DNA from: an uncultured Candidatus Rokubacteria bacterium
Lineage (GTDB): Bacteria > Methylomirabilota > Methylomirabilia > Rokubacteriales > CSP1-6
Reading direction: 5' to 3'
Length of the DNA stretch: 64,000 nt
Assembly (NCBI GenBank): GCA_963707305.1
Contig: CAVPPZ010000004.1
Coordinates: 298,590 to 362,589, forward strand
The notes below the pieces were generated by a model. The model made no database searches, had not been told where the DNA came from, and saw only the letters and a program-made list of their open reading frames with translations. The first letter of the stretch is position 1, and the number at the start of each line of letters is the position of its first letter. Both the position numbers and the translations under genes were made by a program. Positions 19,850-29,652 of this stretch are shown piece after piece.

Positions 19850-20791
19850 ATGCGCGGCTACGTCCTCTCGCGCCTGGCGCAGACCGCGCTGGTCGTGTTC
19901 CTCTCGCTCACCGCGGTGTTCGGCATGGTGCGGCTCTCCGGCGACCCCGTGCTCCTGTTCCTGCCGATGGACATCCAGGCCAAGGACGTGAACGAGTTCC
20001 GCCAGCGGCTGGGCTTCAACGACCCGATCGCGCGTCCAGTACGCGCGCTTCATGGCCGGCGCCGTCCGCGGCGACTTCGGCGAGTCGCTGCGCTACCGGC
20101 GCGACGCGCTCGGGCTCGTGCTCGAGCGGCTGCCCGCCACGCTGCTGCTGGCCGGCTCGGCGATGGCGCTCACGCTCGTGGTCGCGATCCCGCTCGGCGT
20201 GATGACGGCGGTGCGCCGCGACACGTTGGTCGATCACGTCGGCACCTGGTCACGGTGCTCGGGCAGGCGATGCCCGGCTTCTGGCTCGGGCTGATGCTGA
20301 TCTACCTCTTCGCCGTGCAGCTGCGCTGGCTGCCCACCGGCGGCATCGGCACCGCTCGCGCACCTCGTCATGCCGTCGGTCGTGCTGGCGGCGTTCTACG
20401 CCGCCCGCGTCGCGCGCCTCACGCGCTCGGCGGTGCTCGAGGTCCTGGGCGAGGAGTACATCCTGACCGCGCGCGCCAAGGGCCTCGCGCGAGGGCCGGG
20501 TGATCGGCAAGCACACGCTGCGCAACTCCGCGATCCCGATCGTGACCCTGGCCGGGCTCGAGGCCGGCCAGCTCCTGGGCGGCGCCGTGATCACCGAGAC
20601 GATCTTCGCGTGGCCCGGGCTCGGCCGGCTCACCGTGCAGGCGCTGCTCAACCGCGACTTCCCGGTGGTGCTGGCGGCCGTGTCGTTCACGTCGATCGTC
20701 TACACGCTGATGAACCTGGCGGTCGATCTCGCCTACGGCTGGCTCGACCCGCGCGTCCGCGTACGCGCTCGTGAACGAGCCCGGCTCGTGA
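19850..20791 (+). CDS. Dpp/Opp-type ABC permease (DppB-like), multiply frameshifted
   Basis: MRGYVLSRLAQTALVVFLSLTAVFGMVRLSGDP in frame A. FGESLRYRRDA...LVVAIPLGV in frame B. AMPGFWLGLMLIYLFAVQLRWLPTGG back in A. YILTARAKGL in a third frame. TETIFAWPGLGRL...LDPRVR again in another. Confidence 0.6.
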
Positions 20792-21591
20792 AGAAGTGGC
20801 TGGGCCTCGTCGCTGACGCGGCCGTGCTGGTCGTCGCGGCGCTCGCGCCGTGGCTGGCGGCGCACGATCCGCTCGCGGCGGACTTCGCGGCGAGCCTCAA
20901 GCCGCCGGGCACGCCCGGCCATCCGCTCGGCACCGATCAGCTCGGCCGCGATCTCCTGGCGCGGGTGCTCTACGGCGCGCGCCTCGCGCTCTTCATCGGC
21001 GTGTGCACGGTGGTGGTGACCGCGGTGGTCGGCGGGCTGCTCGGCCTGCTCGCCGGCTTCGTCGAGCGCTGGCCCTCGGCGGTCGTCATGCGGATCGCCG
21101 ACGTGCAGCTCTCGTTTCCCGTTCATCCTGCTCGCGCTGACCATCAACGCGATCGTCGGCCTCGGCCTGCGCAACATCATCCTCAGCCTCTCGGCGGCGG
21201 GCTGGGTCGTCTACGCGCGCGTCGTGCGCGGCGAGGTCCTCGGCGTGAAGCAGCGCGACTTCGTCCAGGCCGCGGCCGCGCTCGGCGTGGGACGCGCGCG
21301 GCTGCTCTTCCGCCACGTGCTGCCCAACGTGGCGCCGTCGATCATCGTGGTCGCCAGCCTGCAGTTCTCGCAGTTCATCGTGGCCGAGGCCGCCATCAGC
21401 TTCCTCGGCTTCGGCGTGCAGCCGCCGACGCCGGCGTGGGGCAGCATGCTGTCGCGAGAGCCGCGACTTCCTCTACATCGCGTGGTGGCTGGCCGCCTTC
21501 CCCGGCGCCGCGCTCGCGCTCACCGCGCTCGGGCGTCAATCTGGTCGGCGACTGGCTGCGCGACACGCTCGATCCGAAGCTTCGCGTGTAG
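20788..21591 (+). CDS. Dpp/Opp-type ABC permease (DppC-like), frameshifted
   Basis: GTG start overlapping the putative DppB stop (GTGA). LGTDQLGRDLLARVLYGARLALFIGV...VQLSFP then ILLALTINAIVGL...FIVAEAAISFLGFGVQPP...LVGDWLRDTLDPKLR. Confidence 0.6.
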   Translation: MKKWLGLVADAAVLVVAALAPWLAAHDPLAADFAASLKPPGTPGHPLGTDQLGRDLLARVLYGARLALFIGVCTVVVTAVVGGLLGLLAGFVERWPSAVVMRIADVQLSFPVHPARADHQRDRRPRPAQHHPQPLGGGLGRLRARRARRGPRREAARLRPGRGRARRGTRAAALPPRAAQRGAVDHRGRQPAVLAVHRGRGRHQLPRLRRAAADAGVGQHAVARAATSSTSRGGWPPSPAPRSRSPRSGVNLVGDWLRDTLDPKLRV

Positions 21592-21603
21592 CGGAGGACT
21601 GGC

Positions 21604-22206
21604 CATGGACCTCACGACGTTCTTCCTCAGACTCCATGCGACGGTGCGACACGCCGACCGTGGAGCGCTGGCTCGGCGGGCTCTCCGACGATCAGATGCG
21701 CGCGCGGCCCGGCGACGGGCGTGAACTCGATCGTGTGGCTGCTCTGGCACATGGCGCGGACGGAAGACGTCGGCGGTGAACCTGGTCGTGCACGCGGGCC
21801 GGCAGGTGCTCGACGACGCGTGGGCGCGCCGGATGCGCATCGACCACCGCGACATCGGCACCGGAATGACCGAGGACGAGGTCGCGGTCCTGACGGCCCG
21901 CGCCGACGTCGCCGCGGTCTGGGCGCTACCGGTCCGCGGTCGGCGTGCGCACGCGCGACGTCGTCCGCGAGCTGCCCGCCCGGCGCGTGGGACGAGACGA
22001 TCGGCGCCGAAGACATCGATGCGCGCCGCCCGCGGCGGCGCGTTTCGGCCAACGACCACGTGGAGCACGTGGCCGCCGGCCGGCACCCCTGGCAGGGCAA
22101 CACGCGAGCGGATCAGCTCGGGCAGCCCGCCATCCGCCACAACAGCGGTCACATCGGGGAAGCCGTGACGGTCCGGGGCCTGGGCGGGTTCGGCGTGGGG
22201 ATCTGA
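21604..22206 (+). CDS. DinB_2 / DinB-YfiT-like metalloenzyme family protein, frameshifted (at least 3 indels)
   Basis: Fragments across frames: ERWLGGLSDDQMRARPGDGRELDRV, NSIVWLLWHMARTEDV, LGQPAIRHNSGHIGEAVTVRGLGGFG. Confidence 0.55.
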   Translation, partial: HGPHDVLPQTPCDGATRRPWSAGSAGSPTIRCARGPATGVNSIVWLLWHMARTEDVGGEPGRARGPAGARRRVGAPDAHRPPRHRHRNDRGRGRGPDGPRRRRRGLGATGPRSACARATSSASCPPGAWDETIGAEDIDARRPRRRVSANDHVEHVAAGRHPWQGNTRADQLGQPAIRHNSGHIGEAVTVRGLGGFGVGI

Positions 22207-22284
22207 GTCGTCGTCGAGCGCTCACGACTCGTCGACGCCGCACGTACGGCGCGCTCAACCAATCCAGCACTCGATCAAAGGAGA

Positions 22285-23856
22285 CGCTATCGTCGGCGTC
22301 AGGACGCGTCGTGACTCGTCGTTGCGTCGCTGCTCGTCGATCGCGCTGATCGGTCTCGATCGTGACGGCGCCGGCCGCGGCGCAGGATCGCGCGCAAGAC
22401 GAAGGAGGTCGTCGTCGGGCTCGGCGCCGAGCCGCGCACGATGCTCGGCGTGACCATCGTGGACTGGACGACCAACAACATGCTCGAGCACATCTACGAC
22501 CGCCTGCTCGACCGCGACGCGAAGACCTTCAAGCCCAAGCCGATGCTGGCCACGAGCTGGAAGATCGTCAACGACACCACGTGGGAGTTCAAGCTGCGCC
22601 AGAACGTGAAGTTCCACAACGGCGAGCCGTTCACGGCGGCCTCGGTGAAGGCCACCATCGACTACGCGCTCGATCCGGCCAACAAGAGCCACTACGCCAC
22701 CGCCGCGTACTGGGGGCTCGGTCAAGGACGTCCAGGTCGTCAACGACTACACGGTCCGCTTCGTCACCAAGCAGCCGTGGCCGAACCTGGTCGACCAGCG
22801 CGTCGCTCGACCAACTCGCTCATCATGCCGGCCAAGGCGCTCAAGGAGCTCGGGCCCGGCCAAGCTCGCCGAGAAGCCGATCGGCACGGGGCCGTTCAAG
22901 TTCGTGGAGTGGAAGCGCGACGAGCGCCTGGTGCTCGAGCGCAACCCGGACTACTGGCAGGGCGCCGGCCGACGTCAGCCGGGTGACCTTCCGCTTCATC
23001 CCCGAGTTCAGCGCGCGGCTCGCCGCCCTGCTCTCCGGCGAGATCGACATCATGAAGGACGTGCCGCCGCACGCGGTGGAGCCGGTGGAGCGCTAGCGGG
23101 CGCGCCAAGATCCGCTCGACCGTGTCCTCGCGCATCAACTACCTGGCCCTGGTGAACCTGAAGCCGGGCCCGATGCAGGACGTCCGCGTGCGCCGCGCGA
23201 TGAACCACGCGGTCGACGTGGACGAGCTGATCAAGCAGGTGCTCAAGGGCCGGGCCACCCGGATGTGCGGGCCGCTGGCGCCGGCCAACGTCGACTACGC
23301 GCCCGTCGAGTGCTACAAGCACGACCCCGCGCGCGCCCAGGCGCTGTTCAAGGAGGCGGGCGTCGATCCGACGAAGCTCGCGCTCACGCTCGACACGCCG
23401 TCGGGGCGCTACCCGCTCGACAAGGACGTCTCGCTCGCCATCGCCGCGCAGCTCCAGCGGCTCGGCATCAAGACCAACGTGGTCGTCAACGAGTGGGGCA
23501 CGCACCTCGACAAGATCAAGAACCGCAACACCGGCGAGCTGTTCTTCCTCGGCTGGGGCCCGGCCCTGCACGGCCAGGGCACGATCCAGCCGCTCTTCCG
23601 CGCCGACCAGACGTACGCGTCCTACGGCAACAACAAGGTGATCGACGACAAGATCGCGCGCGCGGTGACGCTGATGGACCCGAAGGCGCGCGCCGAGGCC
23701 TACGCGGAGCTGCAGAAGCTCGCTGCGCGACGAGGCGCCGTGGGTCTTCCTCTGGCAGCAGCACGACCTCTACGGCGTGGCGAGCCAGATCGAGTGGACG
23801 CCGCGCGCCGACGAGAAGATGTGGATGTACGACGCGAAGGTCGTCGCGCGCGATGA
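22285..23856 (+). CDS. ABC substrate-binding protein, family 5 (DppA/OppA-like), heavily frameshifted; start approximate
   Basis: RBS AAAGGAG at 22276. Signal-like LVVASLLV, then KEVVVGLGAEPRTMLG...KPMLATSWKIVNDTTWEFKLRQNVKFHNGEPFTA...NPDYWQGA...SRINYLALVNLKPGPMQDVRVRRAMNHAVD...NEWGTHLDKI...WTPRADEKMWMYDAKVV, spread over more than 6 frame switches. Confidence 0.6.
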
Positions 23857-25094
23857 GCCTCACCGTCTTCACCAACGCGTTCCTGATCGACTGCACGGGC
23901 GCCGACCCCATCGAGGGCGCCGCGGTGGTGGTCGAGGACGAGCGGATCAAGGACGTGCTGCCCAAGGGCAACGTCGGCGCGCTGCCCGGGCCCGGTGACC
24001 ACGCTCGACCTCAAGGGCGCCACGCTGATGCCCGGCCTCACCGACGCCCACGTGCACATCTGCGCGGTGACCGAGAACATCACCGACCAGCACCGGTACT
24101 ACCCGCCGTCCTACATCGCCGCGCGGGCGATGAAGCGCGCCGAAGAGTGCCTGATGCAGGGCTTCACCACCGCGCGCGACGCCGGCGGCGCCGACTACGG
24201 CTTCCGCATGGCGCTGGAGGAAGGGCACTTCGTCGGGCCGCGGCTGCTCGTGTCGGGCCGCTACATCTCGCAGACCGGCGGCCACGGCGACAAGCGGCGC
24301 CGGTCGGAGTGGAACGAGCCCATCGACTGCTGCGTGGGCATGATCGGCTTCATCGCCGACGGGCCCGACGAGGTGCGCCGCGCCGCCCGCGAGAACATCC
24401 GCCGCGACGTGGACCAGATCAAGATCATGGCCTCGGGCGGCGCGATGTCGCCCGTCCGACGAGCTCGACACCACGCAGTACACGGTGGCCGAGATGCGGG
24501 CGGCGGTCGAGGAAGCGCAGGCGGTCGGCACGTACGTGCTCGCCCACGCGTACTCGGACACCGCGGTGCGCCGGGCGATCGAGGCCGGCGTGCGGTCGAT
24601 CGAGCACGGCAACCTGATCCGCGAGGCGCGCGGCCAAGGCCATCAAGGACGCGGACGCGTTCCTCGTGCCCACCATGGTGACGTACGAGGCGATCTACCG
24701 CGAGGGCAAGAAGTACGGCATCGGCGATCACCAGGTCGCCAAGATCAACCTCGCGCGCGAGCAGAGCGTGCAGGGGCCTCGAGTACGCCTACCGGGCCGG
24801 CTGCCAGATCGGCTCGGGCTCGGACCTGCTCGGCGACATGGCCGCCCAGCGCACCGTGGAGTTCGAGCTCAAGGCCGAGGTGATGAAGCCGATGGAGGTG
24901 CTGCTCTCGGCCACGAAGGTCAACGCCGAGATCTTCAGGATGACGCGACAAGATCGGCAGCGTCGACGCCCGGCAAGTACGCCGACCTCATCGTGGTGAG
25001 CGGCAACCCGCTGAAGAACCTGCGCGTGTTCCAGAACCAGGACAACCTGCGCGTGATCATGAAGGGCGGCCGCACGTACAAGCGGACGCTGTGA
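23853..25094 (+). CDS. Amidohydrolase-superfamily metal-dependent hydrolase, at least 5 frameshifts
   Basis: MSLTVFTNAFLIDCTG...ATLMPGLTDAHVHI...IKIMASGGAMSP...VLAHAYSDTAVRRAIEAGVRSIEHGNLI...ADLIVVSGNPLKNL...MKGGRTYKRTL assembled from 5-6 frames. ATGA overlap with the upstream gene. Confidence 0.65.
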
Positions 25095-25864
25095 TGGCCA
25101 CGCATCGCGACGCGATCCTCGACCAGTTCACCCGGCAGGCGGTGCCGTTCGCCACCTCGGCCGGCATCAACGACGAGGCGGCGCTCACGCTCGCGATCGA
25201 GTTCTCCGGCGCGGGCGCGAACGACACCGTGCTCGACGTCGCCTGCGGGCCCGGCATCCTCGCGTGCGCGTTCGCGCGCGTGGCCACGCACGTCACCGGC
25301 ATCGACATCACGCCGGCCATGCTCGAGCGCGCGCGGATCTTGCAGGCGGAGCGCGGGCTCACGAACGTCACCTGGCGGCAGGGCGACGTGCTGCCGCTGC
25401 CGTTCGCCGGACGCGCGCGTTCACGCTCGTGACCTCGCGCTTCGCCTTCCACCACTTCCTCGATCCGAAGGCGGTGCTGGCGCGAGATGATGCGCGTGTG
25501 CGCGCCGGGCGGCACCGTGCTGGTCATCGATTCAGCGCGCCGGCGCCGGAGAAGGCCGACGCGTTCAACCGCATGGAGGTCGTGCGCGATCCGTCGCACA
25601 CGCGCGCGATGCCCGAGCACGAGCTCGCCGGTCTCTTCACGGCCGTGGGCCTCCCCGACCCCGCGCGTGACCCGCTATCGGCTCGAAGGCGAGCTCGAAG
25701 GGTTGATCTCCCGCTCGTTCCCGAATCCCGGCGACGACGAGACGCTGCGCCGGATCTTCCGGGACTCCCTGGCCAACGACGATCTGGGCATGGCCGCGCA
25801 CCGTGTCGGTGACCAGATCCATTTCGGCTACCCGGTGGCCGTGCTCGCCGCGAGGCGCCCATGA
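25094..25864 (+). CDS. Class I SAM-dependent methyltransferase (Methyltransf_11-like), frameshifted
   Basis: TGATG overlap with the amidohydrolase stop. VLDVACGPGILA, TGIDITPAMLERAR. After the frame switch FTLVTSRFAFHHF...VCAPGGTVLVID. Confidence 0.6.
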
Positions 25865-26570
25865 AGATCATCGACCTGAGCTTCCCGATCAAACCGCACT
25901 TCCGCTGGAAGGCGCTCTCCGAGCGCCCGGCGACGCATGCCGCCGGCGATCCGCTCCAGTCGACGGTGATGACGATCTCCTGTCACGCGTACACGCACGT
26001 GGACGCGCCGCTGCACTTCCTGCCGGACGGGCGCGACATCGCCGCGATGCCGATCGACCAGTGGATCGGCGACGCCGCCGTCGTCGACCTCAGCCATCTC
26101 GGCGAGAACGGCGAGGTCAGCGCGGCCGAGCTCGAGAAGCACGCGGGCCACGTGCGCGCCGGCGACATCGTGCTGCTGCGCACCGACTGGCCGCGCAAGA
26201 TGAGCGTGGAGAAGGAGGAGTTCTGGAGCCGCGGGCCCTTCACCGGCGCGTCGGGCTGCGACTGGCTGGTGGCGAAGGGCGTGAAGGCGGTGGGCTACGA
26301 CTACCCGCCGGACGAGTGCATCCGCGACACCGTGACCACGCCGCGCCGCCGGAAGCCGGCGCGCGACGAGTACACCACGCACGCGCGCTTCTTCCCGCAC
26401 GGCATCACGGTGATCGAGTACCTCACGAACCTCGACGCGATCGGCGCCGCGCGCTGCCGGTTCCTGGCGCTGCCGCTGAAGATCGACGGCGCCGACGGCT
26501 CGCCGGTCCGCGCCGTCGCGACTCCGTCGGATGCCACGCGCTCGCCCCACCGCTGCGATGATGGACGCAT
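25861..26570 (+). CDS. Cyclase-family protein (kynurenine formamidase-like, PF04199)
   Basis: MKIIDLSFPI, HAYTHVDAPLHF, IVLLRTDW, LALPLKIDGADGSPVRAVA. No in-frame stop before the next gene's ATG. A terminal indel is suspected. Confidence 0.7.
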
Positions 26571-27479
26571 GACGTCACCGCTCGATCTCCGGCTCGCCCC
26601 GATGGCGGCCGTCACCAACGCGCCGTTCCGGGTCGTCGCCCGCGAGTGCGGCGCGGGCCGCCTCACCAGCGAGGAGCTGGACGCGCGCGCCGTCCTGTAC
26701 GGCAACGAGAAGACGTGGGACCTCGCGCGCTTCTTCCCCGAGGAGCGCCCGATCTCGCTGCAGCTCCTCGGCGACGATCCCGACGTCCTCGCGGAGGCCG
26801 CGCGGAAGCTCGAGGCGACGGGCGCCGACGGCATCGACCTCAACATGGGCTGCCCGGTGCCGAAGATCGTCAGCAAGGGCCAGGGCGCGGCGCTCATGCG
26901 CGATCCCCTCACCGCCGCGGTGATCTTCCGCACCATGCGCAAGGCCGTGCAGGGCGCGTTCACCATCAAGGTGCGCGGCGGCTGGGACGACCGCACGATC
27001 AACGCGCCCGAGATCGCGCGCATCGCCGAGAGCGAAGGCGTGGACGCGATCACCGTCCATCCGCGCACGCGCGCTCAGCAGTACACGGGCCGCGCGCCGT
27101 GGGACGTGATCGCGAGCGTGGTGGACGCGGTGGCCATCCCGGTGACCGGCAACGGCGACGTGCGCATCGGTCGCCGACGCGGAGGCCATGCGCGCGCAGC
27201 ACCGGCTGCGCGGCGGTGATGATCGGGCGCGGCGCGCTCGGCCGGCCGTGGATCTTCCGCGGCGAGCGACGTCGGGCGCGACGAGCGCGCCGCGCATCAT
27301 CCGCCGGCACTGCGCGCTGATGGAGGCGCACCTGCCGCCGAGGATCGGCGTTCATCCAGCTCAGGAAGCACCTCGCGTGGTACGCGGCGGAGCGCCCGGG
27401 CATGGCGCAGCTGCGGCGTCAGCTGTTCGAGGCGCGCGATCCGGCCGAGGCGCTGGACCTGTTCTGGAGCGCGTGGTGA
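26569..27479 (+). CDS. tRNA-dihydrouridine synthase (Dus family), frameshifted
   Basis: LAPMAAVTNAPFR, IDLNMGCPVPKIV, GAALMRDP, TVHPRTRAQQYTG, then other frames CAAVMIGRGALGRPWIF and HLAWYAAERPG...LFEARDPAEALDLFWSAW. Confidence 0.7.
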
Positions 27480-27930
27480 GCGAGCATCGCTGGTTCGAGG
27501 ACTTCAAGGTCGGCGACACGTTCGAGAGCCCGTCGAAGACGCTCAACGACGCGCACTTCATGTTCTTCGCGGGCCTGACGGGCGACGCGCACCCGATCCA
27601 CTACGACGACGAGTACGCGAAGGGCACGCGCTTCGGCCGCCGGCTCGCGCACGGCCTGCTGCTCACGTCGATGACCGCGGTCGGCGCGTCGACGCTCTCG
27701 CCGCTCATCGAGCACTCGATCGTCGCGTTCCTGGAGCAGACGACGCACGTTCCGCGCGCCGGCGTTCGTCGGCGACACGATCAAGCCGCGCCACGAGATC
27801 GTCGATCTCCAGCGCAAGCGGTCGGCCGGGCCTGATGACGCTCCGGGTGACGCTGACCAACCAGCGCGGCGAGACCGTGCTCGACGGCCAGCACAAGTAC
27901 CTGATCGCGTACCGGCCGGCCCGGTGGGCA
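27475..27930 (+). CDS. MaoC-like (R)-specific enoyl-CoA hydratase, hot-dog fold; frameshifted, 3' end uncertain
   Basis: GTGA overlap with Dus. FEDFKVGDTFESPSKTL, HPIHYDDEYAKGTRFGRRLAHG, then shifted TLRVTLTNQRGETVLDGQHKYLIAYRPA. Confidence 0.55.
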
Positions 27931-28044
27931 GTCGCGGAGCGGCACGGCTTCGCCGCGTCGCGCAGCGTGGGCTGGGGGCGTCTCCCCCATGTCAGGAGTC
28001 CTCCGAGCCACCGGCGCCACCACGGAGGCGGCGGTGGCCGGGTG

Positions 28045-28487
28045 GTCTTGTTCTGGCAGCGATCCACGTCGCCGATGTCCACGGGACGCCACGTCGTGGC
28101 GAGCGAGGCGCGGATGCAGTGCGCCAGGTTGTAGGAGGCGCTCCGGAGCGGAGTGAGCGACGTGCCGGGCAACGGCGAGGGGCACGATGCCTTCTCGCCC
28201 GCCTCGCACGCCGCCAGCACGGTGCCGTACCGGTACATCGCGGCCTCGACTTCGGGATGCTCGATCGCGGACAGCGGTCCCCAGTAGAGTTGCCAGAACC
28301 GCTGGCGCTCCTTCTCGACGTCCTCCAGCCTCCGCGCGTTCGCGATGGCCGCCGCCGACGCCGCCGCATCCGTGTACAACGTGTACTGCGCATCCCAGTA
28401 GCGCTTGCGGAACTCCTCCTGCTGCGTCCGCGCATACTGCGTGGCACCGAAGAAGATGCTGAGCGCCGTGAGGAGCAAGGGGATCAC
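28045..28487 (-). CDS. Hypothetical small secreted/membrane-anchored Cys-containing protein; 3' end uncertain
   Basis: GTG at 28487, 9 nt after AAAGGGA. MIPLLLTALSIFFGATQYA...EFRKRYWDAQYTLYTD...FWQLYWGPLSAIEHPEVEAAMYRYGTVLAACEAGEKASC. Normal amino-acid composition, unlike the Arg-rich plus-strand frame across it. Confidence 0.35.
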
Positions 28488-28526
28488 GTCAGCATCCCTT
28501 TCATCGGGCTCACACCTCCGGGAGGT

Positions 28527-29627
28527 CAGTCGGAGCGGCCGCGCGCGGAGATCTCCCACACGCTCTCGACGTTCTCGCCCCGCACCGACGTACACCCGGT
28601 CGTAGAGATTGAAGGTCGGATCGCAGTGCGGCGGGAAGAACTCGATGCGCTCGCCGAGCTGGGGCGCCCGTGACGCGTCGGTGATGGTCAGGCGGCCGTG
28701 CTCGTCGCCCGCGAACTCGTACGTGATCCCGGGACGCTCCACGGGCTCCGGCGGGAAGGGCTTGTCGGTCGAGAAGGCCTTGAGCCCCGCGTCCGCCATC
28801 GCGCGGTCGGCGGTCGGCACGCTCACCACGGTGGCGAGCACCGTCAGCGCCATCTCGAAGTCCGTGAGCATCTCGCCGCTGCGCCCGCCGATGCGCCGGT
28901 AGTCCAGGTCCATCACGCAGTACGAGCCGCTCTGCAGCTCGGTGAGGCCGGAGAGCTCGACGTCGATGTCGTAGGTGCCGGTCGAGCCACCCGCGACGAT
29001 CTCGACGGGAAGACCCGCGCGCTCGAACAGCGTCCGCGTCTCCATGAGCGGCGCCATCGCCTTGTGCGAGGCCTCGCGCCGCGCGGCCCACCCCATGACG
29101 TGCGCGCAGTGGCCCGCGTAGCCCTGCAGGCCGCGCAACCGGAGCCCGCGGTGCTTCGTGATGGCGCGGCCGAGCGCGAGCGCCGCCTCCCCCGGCTGCG
29201 CCCCGGTGCGCCGGCCGCCCACGTCGATGTCGACGAGCACGTCCAGCACGAGGCCGCGCGAGGCCATCGAGCGCGCGAGCGCCTCGACGTTCGCCTCGTT
29301 GTCGACGACGACCATGGTGTCGGGGGCGACCTCGAGCAGGCGCACGAGGCGAAAGATCGAGCGGTCCGGGACGATTTCCGTCGTGATCAGGAGGCCGCGG
29401 ATGCCGGCGCCCGCCATCACCTCCGCCTCGCCGAGCTTCGCGCACGCGACGCCGAGGGCGCCCGCCTCGATCTGCCGGCGCGCGATCTCCGGACAGCGAT
29501 GCGTCTTCGCGTGAGGGCGATAGTGCTTGCCGCTCGCCTGCGCGTGCGCGCGCATGCGGGCGAGATTGCGTTCGAAGCGATCGACGTCGATGAGCAGAGC
29601 GGGGGTCGGGATCTCGTCGCGGTGCAT
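28527..29627 (-). CDS. Alanine-racemase-fold PLP enzyme of the D-threonine aldolase / D-serine dehydratase-like (DSD1) family; one 1-nt insertion near 28570
   Basis: MHRDEIPTPALLIDVDRFERNL, YRPHAKTHRCPEIARRQIEAGALGVACAKLGEAEV, FFPPHCDPTFNLYDRVYV then +1 frame VRGENVESVWEISARGRSD-stop. Extra g visible in tacgtcggtgcggggcgag. Confidence 0.7.
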
Positions 29628-29652
29628 GGCGATAGGGTACACTCGGCGGGCG

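Noticed and set aside
27835-28673. Plus-strand ORFs across 27835-28673
   Set aside because: Arg-rich composition. They are antisense to the small secreted-protein ORF and the 3' end of the D-threonine-aldolase-like gene. Only the first ~30 codons (TLRVTLTNQRGETVLDGQHKYLIAY) belong to the MaoC gene.
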